A stretch of 63,579 nt of DNA, counting the filler, from Pirum gemmata (Eukaryota), in the NCBI GenBank assembly GCA_002812295.1. It is 22 parts of 22 records of this genome, joined end to end, with 100 filler letters (N's around TTAATTAATTAA, not from the genome) between each part and the next. Parts side by side here need not be neighbours in the genome. Positions count along the whole stretch, not along the records: positions 35,820 to 38,489 come from PDIN01004992.1; positions 38,590 to 41,268 come from PDIN01004993.1; positions 41,369 to 43,991 come from PDIN01004994.1; positions 44,092 to 46,763 come from PDIN01004995.1; positions 46,864 to 49,579 come from PDIN01004996.1; positions 49,680 to 52,390 come from PDIN01004997.1; 16 more parts are not named here. One strand, written 5' to 3'. The notes under the pieces are model-generated. The model made no database searches. It saw only the letters and a program-made list of their open reading frames with translations, and was not told where the DNA came from. Of the stretch, positions 37,106 to 50,491 are shown in pieces. The translations under genes and the position numbers were made by a program. The first letter of the stretch is position 1. Each line of letters opens with the position of its first letter.

Positions 37106-38207
37106 ATGAGTGCTAACCAAAGTAAAGAAGACGAAATAAATTGTAATGATGACGAAAATGGGGATTCGAATTCAGGCAAGCTTTATCACGAACGGCAAAG
37201 TTTAATGCGTTGTGGGGTACATTGTATAAATAATTTACTACAAAAAAGACATTTTACCACTACATCTTTTGATGACATAGCGAGAGAGTTGCACGAGGTT
37301 CAAGGAGGTGGTCTGATCAATCCACATAAAAGTGTTCTGTACGTAGTTTCCATTATTACACCGTTTTGCTATGTTATATTTTTATACTATACTAGATTGT
37401 ATTATATTACAAAATACTCGATTTTTTATTGCATTGTATTGTATTGTATTGTACTGTATTGTATTGTACTGTATTGTATTGTATTGTGTTGTATTGTATT
37501 GTATATTATAGTATAGTATATTATTGTATAGTATTGTATTAAGTTATATAGTATTGCATTGCGTTTTACTATATTATATTATATATATATTGTATTATAT
37601 TGTATTATATTATACTGTTGCTGTGCTGTATTATTGTATTATATTAGATTATTTTATATTTATATTGTATTGTATTGTATTATATTGGATTCTATGGTAT
37701 GGTATGGTATTTAACTGTATTGCATTGTATTGTAGTGTATTGTATAGTATAGTATAATGTGGTATAGTATTGTATAGTATTGTATAGTATTGTATAGTAT
37801 TGTATTGCATTGTATTGCATTGTATTGCATTGTATTCGATTGCATTGTGCATTGTGTTGCATTGCATTGCATTGTATTACATGACAATGCATTGTATTGC
37901 ATTGTATTGTATTACATTGTATAGTATAGTATAGTATAGTATAGTACAATATAGTATAGTGTTGTATTGTATTGCATTGTATTGTATTGTATTGTATTGT
38001 ATTGTATTGTATTGTATTGTATTGTATTGTATTGTATTGTATTGTTTTGTTTTTATTTTATTCGTTGCCGTTCTCATTTTTCTATTGTTGTTTCTCTTCC
38101 TTATTTCTGACTTCAGGGGGATAGGGAATTATGATGGAAACGTTCTTTTCTTTGCATTAAGCAAGGTTGATTATCAAGTTTTTTGGTTTGACGCAAGAAA
38201 AAAAAAG
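37106..38207 (+). CDS. Josephin-domain deubiquitinase (JOSD1/2-like), first two exons
   Basis: Exon 37106-37338: LYHERQSLMRCGVHCINNLLQ...INPHKSVL. Exon 38117-38207: GIGNYDGNVLFFAL...WFDARK. The catalytic-Cys motif is present and the intron is GT-AG. Confidence 0.92.
37425..38045 (+). repeat. (TATTG)n / (CATTG)n pentamer satellite in the Josephin intron
   Basis: Directly visible tandem pentamers; source of the YCIVL/QYNTI pseudo-ORFs. Confidence 0.93.
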
Positions 38208-38404
38208 GTTTTCTTATTACGAACTCATTCATTCCCACTTTTTTTTTTTTCGAATCCATTGTCCATTATATCTTTAATTCTGGAATTGTATTTCAGTTTT
38301 TTTATTTTTATTATAATAAGTAGGTCTATTTTATTAAATTCTATTTGATATATTGCTTTTTTGGTTTTTTGATAAAATTAATAGGTCTTAGTATATTTTT
38401 ATTA

Positions 38405-38435
<31 letters not shown>

Positions 38436-38597
38436 CGTATTATTATTATTATCGTACTATTATTATTATCGTATTATCATTATTATTATNNNNNNNNNNN
38501 NNNNNNNNNNNNNNNNNNNNNNNNNNNNNNNNNTTAATTAATTAANNNNNNNNNNNNNNNNNNNNNNNNNNNNNNNNNNNNNNNNNNNNACTTATTC

Positions 38598-38648
<51 letters not shown>

Positions 38649-38802
38649 TGTCTTGTTTGCGTATTGTTTGTTTGTTTGTATTGTTGCATTATTTATACTT
38701 CCTCTATTCTTTTACTATCTTATTAATATACTTAATTGATTTTTTTCAAAATCTTATTAGATTTCATTTAATAATTTTAATTTAATCAAAAAATAGTGAA
38801 AC

Positions 38803-38917
38803 CTATTGGTAGTTTTTCTACATCAGTTCCTTTATATTTGTCCGGCATGAGACGCTTCATCGCAACTTGGGCATAAAAGCAATCTAAGTCAAGACAACAT
38901 ATTACCCTCCCTTCCAT
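38803..38917 (-). CDS. Y-family translesion DNA polymerase (iota/eta-like), first exon
   Basis: ATG at 38917 gives MEGRVICCLDLDCFYAQVAMKRLMPDKYKGTDVEKLPIG, then a GT donor. DLDCFYAQV is Y-family motif I as in Pol iota. Not present in the ORF track. Confidence 0.85.
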
Positions 38918-40318
38918 TTTATTTTAAAAGACATTCAAATATTCAACAACAATAAGGATTAAAAACTGCATAATATATAAGATGCATTTATAGAGTTGAG
39001 TTGTGTTGAGTTGAGATTGTTGTTTGTTACTGTTTGTTGCTGTTTGTGTATGATATACATATTATATTATAGTATTGTATACTGTTATTCGAGATCTCCT
39101 ATTATTGAATAAGTGTGAATAAGTCTGGAAGAAGAAAAAAAGGCCCAGGCCTGGCCTTTTTTTCTGCCCTCATCAAAGAACCCATATATTACCATAAGAA
39201 GACAGAATTTCCAAAATATATATATATATAATTAGATACCTTTTTATGTAAATATTATAACCAAAAAAAGACATTTGTAACATGTTTTACCATATATGGT
39301 TCCGGCGGGAGTTTTCATAAAAAGACCTAGAGGGTCTATTTATCCCTAGCTAGCCTATTTGTCCTGTCAATTCAATTTATTAAAAGGGTTAGGGTTAGGG
39401 TTAGGGTTAGGGTTAGGGTTAAGGTTAGGGTTTGGGTTAGAGTTTGGGTTATGGTTAAGGTTAGGGGTTAGGGTTTGGGTTAGAGTTAGGGTTAGGGTGT
39501 TTAGGGTTAGGGTTAGGGTTAGGGTTAGGGTTAGGGTTGGGGTTAGGGTTAGTAGGGTTAGGGTTAGAGTTTGGGTTAGAGTTTGGGTTAGAGTTTGGGT
39601 TAGGGTTGGGGTTAGGGTACCGGTTTGGGTTAGGGTTAGGGTTAGGGTTAGGGTTAGGGTTAGGGTGTTTAGGGTTAGGGTTAGGGTGTTTAGGGTTAGG
39701 GTTGGGGTTAGGGTTAGGGTTAGGGTTAGGGTTAGGGTTAGGGTTTAGGATTAGGGTTAGGGTTAGTTAGGGTTAGGGTTATTTATACTATTAAATAAAA
39801 AGTACCAAATTAATTTTAAAGTATAATTATATATATCGATATAGTCAAGGAGTTCAAATTAAACTCCTTGACATTTTAAAATATAGATTTCTTTGCAAAG
39901 TAAGACTATCTACAAGACTAGAATTCAAATTCATTTTCCTAGCCTAGCTAGAAGTATAAGTGTAGCTGTGTGATATATTATTATAATTATGAATATAAAT
40001 AATAAATAAATATAAAAATCCTGGCTAGCTCAAGTAGGCAAAGGAAAAGGGTTAAGGTTAGGGTTAGGGTTAGGGTTAGGGTTAGGGAAAGCAAATTTAG
40101 TATATATATATATAGCTCTAGAACATCAAAATTCAGTGATGAAAAAGTCTTTTCTTCTTGTTGATTTTTATTTATTATTTATTACTCAAAAAACTTTTTT
40201 ATTTTTTGTTACTATATTATTATTAATAATTTTTTAAATTTAATTTTTTTTGTTGATTTTTATTTTTTATTTACTCAAAAAACTTTTTTTATTTTTTTGT
40301 AATTTAATTTTCCTACCA

Positions 40319-41128
40319 AAGGTCCTGCTGATGTTCGTCGTAGAGCATTGAAAACTCAATACCAATAATAATTATTAATACAATAAAAATAATGACAATA
40401 ATAGTTATTAATATAATAATAATTTTAAAAACAATTATAATAGAAACCAAAACTATGGGGGTTATATAATATAATATTATTATTAATAATAATAGTAGAT
40501 ATTTTCGTCCAAATCAACAATATCACAATAATAACAACATAATTATTATAATTACGATCAAAATGGTTTCAACGACAATAATAATAATTATAATTATGAA
40601 TACAATCAAAATGGTTTTAATCATAGAAACTTCAACGACAATAGATTCGAATTCTCAATGATAATATTAATATTATAACAACAATGATAATTGAAACCAT
40701 TATAATATTATCATTGAATTTATTATCGTTGAAAAGTTTCTTTGTTGTTATAATATTATCATGCACGCATTGATTTAATATTTATTATCGTTGAAGTTTC
40801 TATGATGTATAAATAATTATATTAATAATTATTATTATTATTGTTGAATTTTTTATTGTTTAAAGCATTTTGATCGTAATTATATAATAATCATTGTTGT
40901 TAACGTTATTATTGTGATATTGTTGATTTGGACGAAAATATCAACTCTTATATATAACCCCTATAGTTTTGGTTTCTATTATAATTCTTTTTAAAATTAA
41001 TATTATTATTATTACTATTATTATCATTATTTTTATTGTAGTTATTATTGGTATCGGGTTTTTAATTATTTATTATATTAATACAGTTTTCAATATTAAT
41101 GCTCTACGACGAACATCAGCAGGACCTT
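40319..41128. repeat. ~810-bp imperfect palindrome of a degenerate Asn-rich exon-like sequence
   Basis: AAGGTCCTGCTGATGTTCGTCGTAGAGCATT at 40319 and its exact reverse complement ending at 41128. Inner matched blocks include GATATTTTCGTCCAAATCAACAATATCACAATAATAAC and TATAATAGAAACCAAAACTAT. Confidence 0.92.
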
Positions 41129-41627
41129 AAATTTAAAAAGAAATATATATTATAATATTATAATAGAGAGAGAGAGAGAGAGATAATCTAGTAGCGCTTT
41201 TCATTTATTTTGTCACTCCGAATGTTTATTTGGTAGGTTATAATTTTTTAATTGACATTGTTAAATGANNNNNNNNNNNNNNNNNNNNNNNNNNNNNNNN
41301 NNNNNNNNNNNNTTAATTAATTAANNNNNNNNNNNNNNNNNNNNNNNNNNNNNNNNNNNNNNNNNNNNTAGTAATAGCAATAGTAATAGTAATAGTAATA
41401 GTAATAGTAATAGTAATAGTAATAGTAATAGTAATAGTGATAAACTAGTCCAATTATTATTTAACTATTTACTTTATTAATAGCAACAGTGACATTATTC
41501 CAAGAAAACTTGTTCAGTAAAAAGGGTTATTCTTTGATGTCATCCCTCTCATTACTTCTATAAAACATTTGAACACTCTTAAACTTTTACTTTCATTACC
41601 ACTGGTAGCACATTTTCTTGGTATCTT

Positions 41628-42420
41628 GGTATGGTGCACACTGCCTAGAACCATCCAACTAACAAAAAGCGACATTTTTTGGGCCTCCGATCGGAAAAAC
41701 GAATCAAGTTGTTAAATAGGTTTGAACAGTGTTTGAACGTTTAGTATTTGTAACACTATGTATCATACCTTCATATTTGTTTAAATACTTGTTGAGTAAA
41801 CATTTATTTGGTATCATAGTATGGTGCACACAACCTAGAACCATCCAACTAACAAAAAGCGACACTTTTGGCCTCTGATCGAAAAAAACGAATCAAGTTG
41901 TTAAATAGGCTCGAACACTGCTCGAACGTTAAGTATTTGTAACATTATATATCATACCTCCCTATTTATTTACTTAAATATTTATTGAGCAAACATGTAT
42001 TTGGTATCATCGTATGATGTACACAGCCTAAACCCATCCAACTAACAAAAAAGTGACACATTTTAGCTCTGATCGAAAAATTGAATCAATTTTTTAAATA
42101 GGCTCGAACATTCACTCGTGTTCGGGTTATTATGTATCATCCTTTTATTGTATTAGGCACGCAGCCTAAAACCATCCAACAAAAAAAGCGAATTGGGACT
42201 TTGATCGGAAAACCGAATCAAGTTATTACATAGGCTCGAACGATAATTATTTTGAACATAATGTATCATACCTTTATGTTTATTTATTTAAACATTTAAA
42301 ACTGGTATCCTGGTATCATAGTACGCTGCACACATCCTAAAACCATCCAACTGTTAAAAACAACTTTCGGCTCCTGATCGAAAAAACCGAATCAAATTGT
42401 TAAATTAATTGGATCATTTA
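41628..42420 (+). repeat. Diverged ~150-190-bp tandem repeat, about 5 units
   Basis: Each unit has CCTA(G/A)AACCATCCAAC...GATCG.AAAA..GAATCAA. Units start near 41628, 41818, 42011, 42150, 42320. Confidence 0.88.
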
Positions 42421-42972
42421 ATACATCATTTTCGAAAAATGACAAATTTTTCAAATTATTTCAAATCACACTAGAGCACTAGATGGAAACTTTCAGCTTT
42501 TTTTTAATGTACACCATTACTAAGAGTTTTATTTATAAAGAAACATTGTTTGTACCCCTAATAAACGCTTTTTATGGTTATAATTTTAGTTAAAAAAGGT
42601 CTTTTATGTACTATGTATGCATTGTTGGAACTCGATAACTTATAAGCATGTATCCCCCCCCCCCCCACACACACCCACACCCACACCCACTCTCATAATG
42701 ATAATGATAATGAAAATAAACAATTGTAATGGTAATATTCTTTTCAACAGTTAATGTTTTGGTTTTTTATTATTAATTATTATCATCATTATCACTATAT
42801 TTCAGAAATAACTTTTTCAATGGAATTGTTTTTTTACGAGAATCTTCTTTTTACTTTTAAACTCAAAAGCAAACAGGGCAGTTCAATATTTTTTTCGAAT
42901 ACATAGTCGTAGCTTACAAAATTTTTGTACGTTAAATAAAAATTCGACATAATTCGTTACATCTTCAATTCC

Positions 42973-43651
42973 TTAAAAACTAAGCGTTTCCTCATTTAAA
43001 GTGGCTGTTCTTATTGATGATTCTACTTTTGAGATAGATGGAATAACTTCAAATACCAAGGGCATAAGATTATCAGATTGCTGTGACGCATTGCCAAACA
43101 AAATTCTTGGACAACCTTCTTTTTCTAAGCGGACCCATCCTGGGGTAAAATGATTATGACCAAAAACATGTATTGTTGGTTGTATTTCCCCGATCACTTT
43201 GGATTTGAGAAATTGACAGCCCTCAGGTCCTTTCCCGTTACCATCTAGTATATCTTTAGGGGGAATGTGTGTTATTAAAATATCGATATCATTAGGTATG
43301 GAGTTCCACTTTTCTTTAATATCATCCTCTTCAATCGCAAATGCGTTAGCCATATAATAAAAAGGTCTTTTAACATTCCAAGAGCTACCATACACCTAAA
43401 AACAATGATTATAGTAAATATAACGATAACGTTACTGATGGGCATTTTATCTACAAAATCGAAAACAATATTATATACATATAAGACTGAATAATAAAAG
43501 CAATCTAATTCAAAGCACAATACAAAAGAGCAAAAAAACAAATTGATAAAATAAAATAAAAAATAAAAAAATATCAAAAACAATAAAATAAATTAAAAAA
43601 TAAATACCTTCAGACCACAAATTTCGAAAGAATTGTCGAAAAGAACAACAC
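42973..43651 (-). CDS. Calcineurin-like metallophosphoesterase (MPPED/239FB-like), last two exons
   Basis: Exon 43651-43608 (VVLFDNSFEICGLK) joins exon 43395-42973 (VYGSSW...KWNSIPNDIDILITHIPP...GCQFL...PTIHVFGHNH...NAS). Confidence 0.88.
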
Positions 43652-43944
43652 CTGATTATAGAAATGCCCCGTACACGTGAGTGGAGAATTATATAAGGCA
43701 AAGAAAAAAAATAATATTACACGTACTAGTGGCAGCAGTGGTAGTGAGTAGTGGTAGTGGTAGTGGTGGTAGTGGTAGTAGTGGTAGTAGAAGTAGTGGT
43801 AGTAGTAGTAGTAGTAGCAATATGCGTAGTAGTAATATACGTAGTAGTAATGGTAATTGTAATAGTAATAGTAGTATACGTAGTAGTAATAGCAATAGTA
43901 GTAGTAGTAGTATAAGTAGTAGTAATAGTGGTAGCATTAGTACC

Positions 43945-43991
<47 letters not shown>

Positions 43992-44770
43992 NNNNNNNNN
44001 NNNNNNNNNNNNNNNNNNNNNNNNNNNNNNNNNNNTTAATTAATTAANNNNNNNNNNNNNNNNNNNNNNNNNNNNNNNNNNNNNNNNNNNNTAACGTCGA
44101 GGGGTAGGTAGGTAGGGGTATTTCAAGCAGTATTTGATCGGAAATTGGCGTTCGTTATGTAGTATTTGGACGCTCCCTTATTACTACTACTAGCTAGTAG
44201 TCGGGCCAACCATAGCTCGTCCATAAAAAAAATGCACAAACAAAAAAGCTAGAACAAAAAAGTCTAGCCTAGCTAGACTCTACAGTCTACTACTAGCTAG
44301 CTAGGAATAAAAAGTGTTCCCAGGAAATCCAAACTACGAATCAAATTAAAATTATAAATTACAATTAAAAAATTTTATCAACGCCACGTGGTATCATTTT
44401 TTTGTAAATAATAATGTGTCATAGTAATGTCCTACTAGCTAGCTAGTAGTAATGTCATAGTAGTGATAGACTCAGTATAGTACCAATTAATATATTATAT
44501 TATTATTATTATTATTATTATTATAAATTATAATAATAATATAATATTATGATATTAATAATATGCTTTTATTATTATTATTGTAGATTTTTCATTTTTT
44601 CTTTACAATTTGTAAATAAGTGTGATTCAGCATTATTTTAATCAATTTTATTTACGATCAATTTATATAGCTGTACAAACTTCAAAATCATGTTTTTTAA
44701 AATATTATATTAATATGTTATATTAGGTACAAGCGTACTTGTAATTATTTGCAATGCCAAGTTTGCAAGG

Positions 44771-44806
<36 letters not shown>

Positions 44807-44857
44807 TTGCTACTACTACTACTACTACTACTATTTTTTCTGCTACTACTATTGCTG

Positions 44858-44899
<42 letters not shown>

Positions 44900-44905
44900 T
44901 TTCTG

Positions 44906-44941
<36 letters not shown>

Positions 44942-44992
44942 TTGCTACTACTACTACTACTACTACTATTACTACTACTACTACTACTACTA

Positions 44993-45052
<60 letters not shown>

Positions 45053-45070
45053 NNNNNNNNNNNNNNNNNN

Positions 45071-45101
<31 letters not shown>

Positions 45102-45102
45102 C

Positions 45103-45173
<71 letters not shown>

Positions 45174-45217
45174 CACCACCACCAGTCAACTCCACCACCA
45201 CCACTACTACTACTACC
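44771..45217 (+). repeat. (CTA)n/(CCA)n trinucleotide microsatellite
   Basis: Direct tandem repeats; produce the poly-S/V/T/Y/L pseudo-ORFs. Confidence 0.95.
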
Positions 45218-46863
45218 CTAACCTAACCCTAACCCTGTAGCTAATAATAACCTTAACCCTAACCCAAATTATAAGAAAACTGATGTAAGGTGGGAGTAGA
45301 TGTATTTTAGTTGCATGTACACGCGGGGTGAAAGATAAGGATAAAAGTTATAAATTATAATAATAAAACATGTATAGTACTAGTACTATTATGAAGCATA
45401 TTCATTGATTAGGGTTATATTAGGATTAGGGTTTGAATTAGGGCTGGAATCTGGGTTAGCGTGGGTTAGCGCGATTGGGATTGGGGTTGGGGTTGGGGTG
45501 GATTAGGGTTAGGGTTAGGGTTAGGGTTAACGTTAGTGCGATTGGGGTTGGGGTTGGGGTTGGGGTTAGTGGGTTAGGGCTGGGTTAGGGTTAAAGTTAT
45601 AAAATTAGGGTTAGGTTAGGGTTAGGGTTAGGTTAGGGTTAGGGTTAGATTAGGGTTAGGGTTAGATTAGGGTTAGGGTTAGGTTAGGGTTAGGGTGGAT
45701 TAGGGTTATAAATCAGGGTTATATATATTAATTATGATTAGGATTACAATCGGAGCTAGTTAGGGCTAGGACTGCGGTTTGGATTGGAGTTGCAGTTAGA
45801 GGATTGAAGTTTGGGTATCGATTGGTACTTCGAAATTATTTAGTGGTCTTTGGCATCCTAAGCTTATAGTACAATATTATTTATCTTTTATTATTACATT
45901 TTAATAATATTTTAACCAATTCCAAGGTGTTTGCATTAATTTCATATTGATTAGTGTAATATTAATAATGTTATTTTAAAAAATTAATTAATAAAAGTCT
46001 AGCAGACTCGAGCTAGAATTAAAAAAAAAAAAAAAATTAAAAAAAATTCTTTTTATTTATATGATAGCTTGGAAAACATAATCGAGCCAAACAGCTCGAT
46101 CCTAATTATTAAATAGTGACAATTTTGAAATGATATTCTTTTTTTTTTTTCGAGTTTCAAGTTTTTAATATGAAATTTTTTTAATGAAATCAAAGGCCTA
46201 AATCAAAGGCTTAAAAAAGTTAGATCGAAAAATTTCGAAAATTTCGAATTACTCTCGATTCGATGTTTTTCCGGCATCTCCTAGAAACAGGTTTCTAAAA
46301 AGAAAAAGACTCTCTAGAAAAAGGTTGGCCCGTTTGGCTGCTTTTGCTAGCTAGCTAGCTAGGCCCGTTCCGAGAGGCCCGCTTAGAGAGGCCCGCCCTG
46401 TTTTGAAAAGAAATATTGATCTACTTAGTGCATAGGGTGTTCAAATAATACGTCACGTCAAGGGGTAGGTAGGTAGGTGGTATTTGACCGGAAATTAACG
46501 TCGAGAGGTAGGTAGGTAGGGGTATTTGAAGCTGTATTTGACCCTAGGTATTTGACTGGGCTTGATAAAAAAAAAAATAGTGGGGCAGGGCATGTGAGTG
46601 GCCTGGTCGTATTAGAATAAAAGGCAAGTCATTTATTTCACTTTTGCCCTTTTTTAGTTGACCTTTTGTGTTTTGGCCTTTTTTTTGGTAATAATGGGTA
46701 GTTTATTTTTCTTTTCATTAGTTTTTTTTTTTTTGGTTTTCCTTTTTTTTTTTTTTTTTTTTTNNNNNNNNNNNNNNNNNNNNNNNNNNNNNNNNNNNNN
46801 NNNNNNNTTAATTAATTAANNNNNNNNNNNNNNNNNNNNNNNNNNNNNNNNNNNNNNNNNNNN

Positions 46864-47408
46864 TTATTATTATTACATTTTTCATAGTCGTTATAGTGAA
46901 CACTACCTTGGTCATTATCATTAATTTTTGAAGCTGCTTTTGCTGGTGATTGCAACGTAACATTTTGTACACCAGAATCTACAGCTTCGTCGTCATTGGT
47001 AGTTGGTTGAAAAAAGGTAAAATCCTTTGTTAGAGTTAATTTTCCAGACAAGCGAATGTTTTTACTTTCATTCTCACTTTTGTTATCATGATCATTATTA
47101 TCATTATCACCGACAACATCAACACCATCTGCTTTATAATAATCTTCAATTTTATTACCACTTTTAGATTTCCGAAAAGGGTGAAAAGTCAAAGGCTTTT
47201 TAACAGTTTTAGTTATGTTGCCACTTTCACTACTATTAAATTCTGTTTTACTTGTTCGCTTGGTGCTTTTGAATAATGGTTTGCTTTTGTTTTTCTTTTC
47301 ATCTTTGTTACTAGAAAGATCACCAGTACTTTTACTTTTTTTTATTATAAAACCAATTTCGTTTGAACGTTTGTCATCATTGAGGTCAGGTTGTTTATGA
47401 GATGACAT
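46864..47408 (-). CDS. Hypothetical protein, disordered K/S/N/D-rich N-terminus, truncated by the contig end
   Basis: About 180-codon non-repetitive ORF from the ATG at 47408, following an AT-rich leader. No recognisable domain. Confidence 0.55.
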
Positions 47409-47579
47409 ATTTATATCATATTTTAATTTTATTTTGTAGTTTTTGTTTTCCTTGTTTCATTATTGATGGCATTATTTTATTGCAAATACAATATCATTAT
47501 TTAATAAAGTAAAAATTATTGTTCTGTTAGCAACTAAAATAATTTAGTAAAACTAAAATACTTGATAATGTATAGTTTA

Positions 47580-48270
47580 ATAATAATAATAATAATAACA
47601 ATACATCTACAATAACAATAACAATAACAATAACAATAACAATAACAATAACAGTAGCAATAACAATAATAATAATAATAACAATAACAATAAAATAACA
47701 ATAACACTAATAACAACAATAACAATAACAATAACAATAACAATGATAATAATAATAATGATAATAATGGCAATAACAATAACAATAACAATAACAATAA
47801 CAATAACAATAACAATAATAGCAATAGCAATAACAATAACAATAACAAAGATAACGATAACGATAACGATAACGATAAAGATAACAAGAACAAGAATAAT
47901 AACGATAACGATAACAATAACAATAACAATAACAATAACAATAACAATAACAATAACAATAAAAATAAAAATAACAATAACAATAACAATAACAATAACA
48001 ATAACAATAANNNNNNNNNNNNNNNNNNNNNNNNNNNNNNNNNNNNNNNNNNNNNNNNNNNNNNNNNNNNNNNNNNNNNNNNNNNNNNNNNNNNNNNNNN
48101 NNNNNNNNNNNNNNNNNNNNNNNNNNNNNNNNNNNNGTAACAATAACAATAACAATAACAATAACAATAACAATAACAACAACAACAACAATAACAATAA
48201 CAATAACAACAATAACAATAACAATAACAATAACAACAATAACAATAGATATCGACAACAATAATAACAA
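47580..48270 (+). repeat. (AACAAT)n hexamer microsatellite
   Basis: Direct tandem repeats around an N gap. Confidence 0.95.
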
Positions 48271-49467
48271 TAGTAAGACTTCTAACGTATCTGAGATCCT
48301 CTATCTGACATTTTAAAAATTTTTTATATAGACTGCGATAACAATAGTAAAATAGTAATAAAATAGTAAATACTAATAAAATGCAAAAAAAAAAATCAAA
48401 TAGATTACCGATTGGCTGATATTTTATTCTAAATCTCTATTCTTTTTTTAAAAAAAGGGTTTTAGGGTTAGGATTAGGGTTAGGGGTTAGGGTTAGGGGG
48501 GTCAAGGTTAGGGAAATGGGTTAGGGTTAGGGTTAGGGTTAGGGTTAGGGTTAGGGTTAGGGTTAGGGTTAGGGTTAGGGTTAGGGTTAAGGTTAGGGTT
48601 AGGGTGTGTTAGAGGGTTAGAGGGTTAGATAAAAAAAAATAAATAAATAAGGTTTTAGTTTTTAAAGCCCTTTCGAAGACCCATAGAAGACCCTAATTTT
48701 AACCTAGTACTAACTAAAATAGCCCCTTCAAAAACCCAGGCTTAACCTGCACAAAAAACCAAAATCAAAACCAAAACCAAAACTAAGAAACCAAAACCAA
48801 AAACCAAAACCAGCCCAAAAAAAAATTAATTCATACCCAATTAATTAAAAAGTGTCCATTATGGTATAAATTAATAAATTCATTTGCTTTTTTGACATTA
48901 CAATTTAATATTTTATAACAATGCAACTATATCTGATACAATGCAATAGGTTGAGTAAGTGTTAATTTTATTGAATCGTTTATTTATTTTATTTATTTAT
49001 TTATTTATTATTCTTTTTCGTTTTAGTTTCTTTTTGTAATAACAATAATAATAATAGAACACTAATTAATACCAAATAACAATACCAACAACAACAACAA
49101 TAACAATAACTAAAAAAAATAGCAACAACAATTACCATAAGCATAAGCATAAGCATAAGCATAAGCATAAGCATAAGCATAAGCATAGCTTAAGCATAAC
49201 AATACCGATACCAACAATAATAACAACACTTACCAATAAAAATTATAAATAATAATAAGAATAAAATAACTACTAACAATAACAATAACAATAACAATAA
49301 CAATAACAGTAACAATAACATTCTGATACTTTTTAAAAAATGAATATTCTGTAGTAGTCGTTTATGTATATATATTTATATATATACATTTTTACATATA
49401 TATTATATATATTATATATATAAATATACATACATTTCATTTTGTATATTGTTAAATGAGTTGAATA

Positions 49468-49575
49468 ATGATAATAAAAGTAACTATATCCCCGGATAAA
49501 GTACTGAAAGAAATTGATGTAGACTTAGAAGAGGTTAAATCCTTGAATCATTTAAAAAATGAAATCAAGAAACAG
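49468..49575 (+). CDS. Possible first exon of a protein with a ubiquitin-like N-terminus
   Basis: MIIKVTISPDKVLKEIDVDLEEVKSLNHLKNEIKKQ followed by CAG|GT. The beta-beta-alpha pattern resembles a UBL start, but the exon is short. Confidence 0.35.
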
Positions 49576-49779
49576 GTTTNNNNNNNNNNNNNNNNNNNNN
49601 NNNNNNNNNNNNNNNNNNNNNNNTTAATTAATTAANNNNNNNNNNNNNNNNNNNNNNNNNNNNNNNNNNNNNNNNNNNNATAATAATAATAATAATAATA
49701 ATAATAATTTGTTGGTGCTGGGTGTGTTGGTGTGTAGTTGTTAGTGTTCTTGTTAGTGTTCTTGTTACTGTTGGTGTTG

Positions 49780-50459
49780 TTGTTGTTAATGATGGTGGTG
49801 GTGGTGATGGATAATGATGTTATTTTATATTTATTATATGTATTATATGTTACTGCTGGGTGTTGCTGTTGATGTTGTTGCTGTTGCTACTAATGTTGTT
49901 GTTGTTGTTAATTATGGTGGTGGTGGTGATGGATAATGATGTTATTATATATGTATTGTGTGTATTGTACATTACTGTTGGTGTTGCTATTATTGTTGTT
50001 GTTACTGTTGTTGTTACTAATGTTGTTGTTGTTGTTAATGATGGTGGTGGTAGTGATGGATAATGATGTTATTATATTATGTATTATATATTACTGTTAG
50101 TGTTGGCGTTGTTGTTACTAATGTTGTTTTTGTTGTTAATGATGGTGGTGATGGTGATGGATAATGATGTTATCATATATGTATTATATGTATTATATGT
50201 ATTATATATTACTGTTGGTGTTGTTGTTGTTGTTGTTACTAATGCTGTTGTGGTTGTTAATTATGGTGGTGGTAGTGATGGATAATAACGTTATTATGTA
50301 TGTATTATATGTATCATATATTACTGTTGATGTTGTTGTTGCTGTTGCTGTTATTGTTGTTGTTACTAATGTTGTTGTTGTTGTTGTTAACGATGGTGAT
50401 GGTAGTGATGGCTAATGATGTTATTATATATGTATAATATGTATTATATATCACTGTGG

Positions 50460-50491
<32 letters not shown>

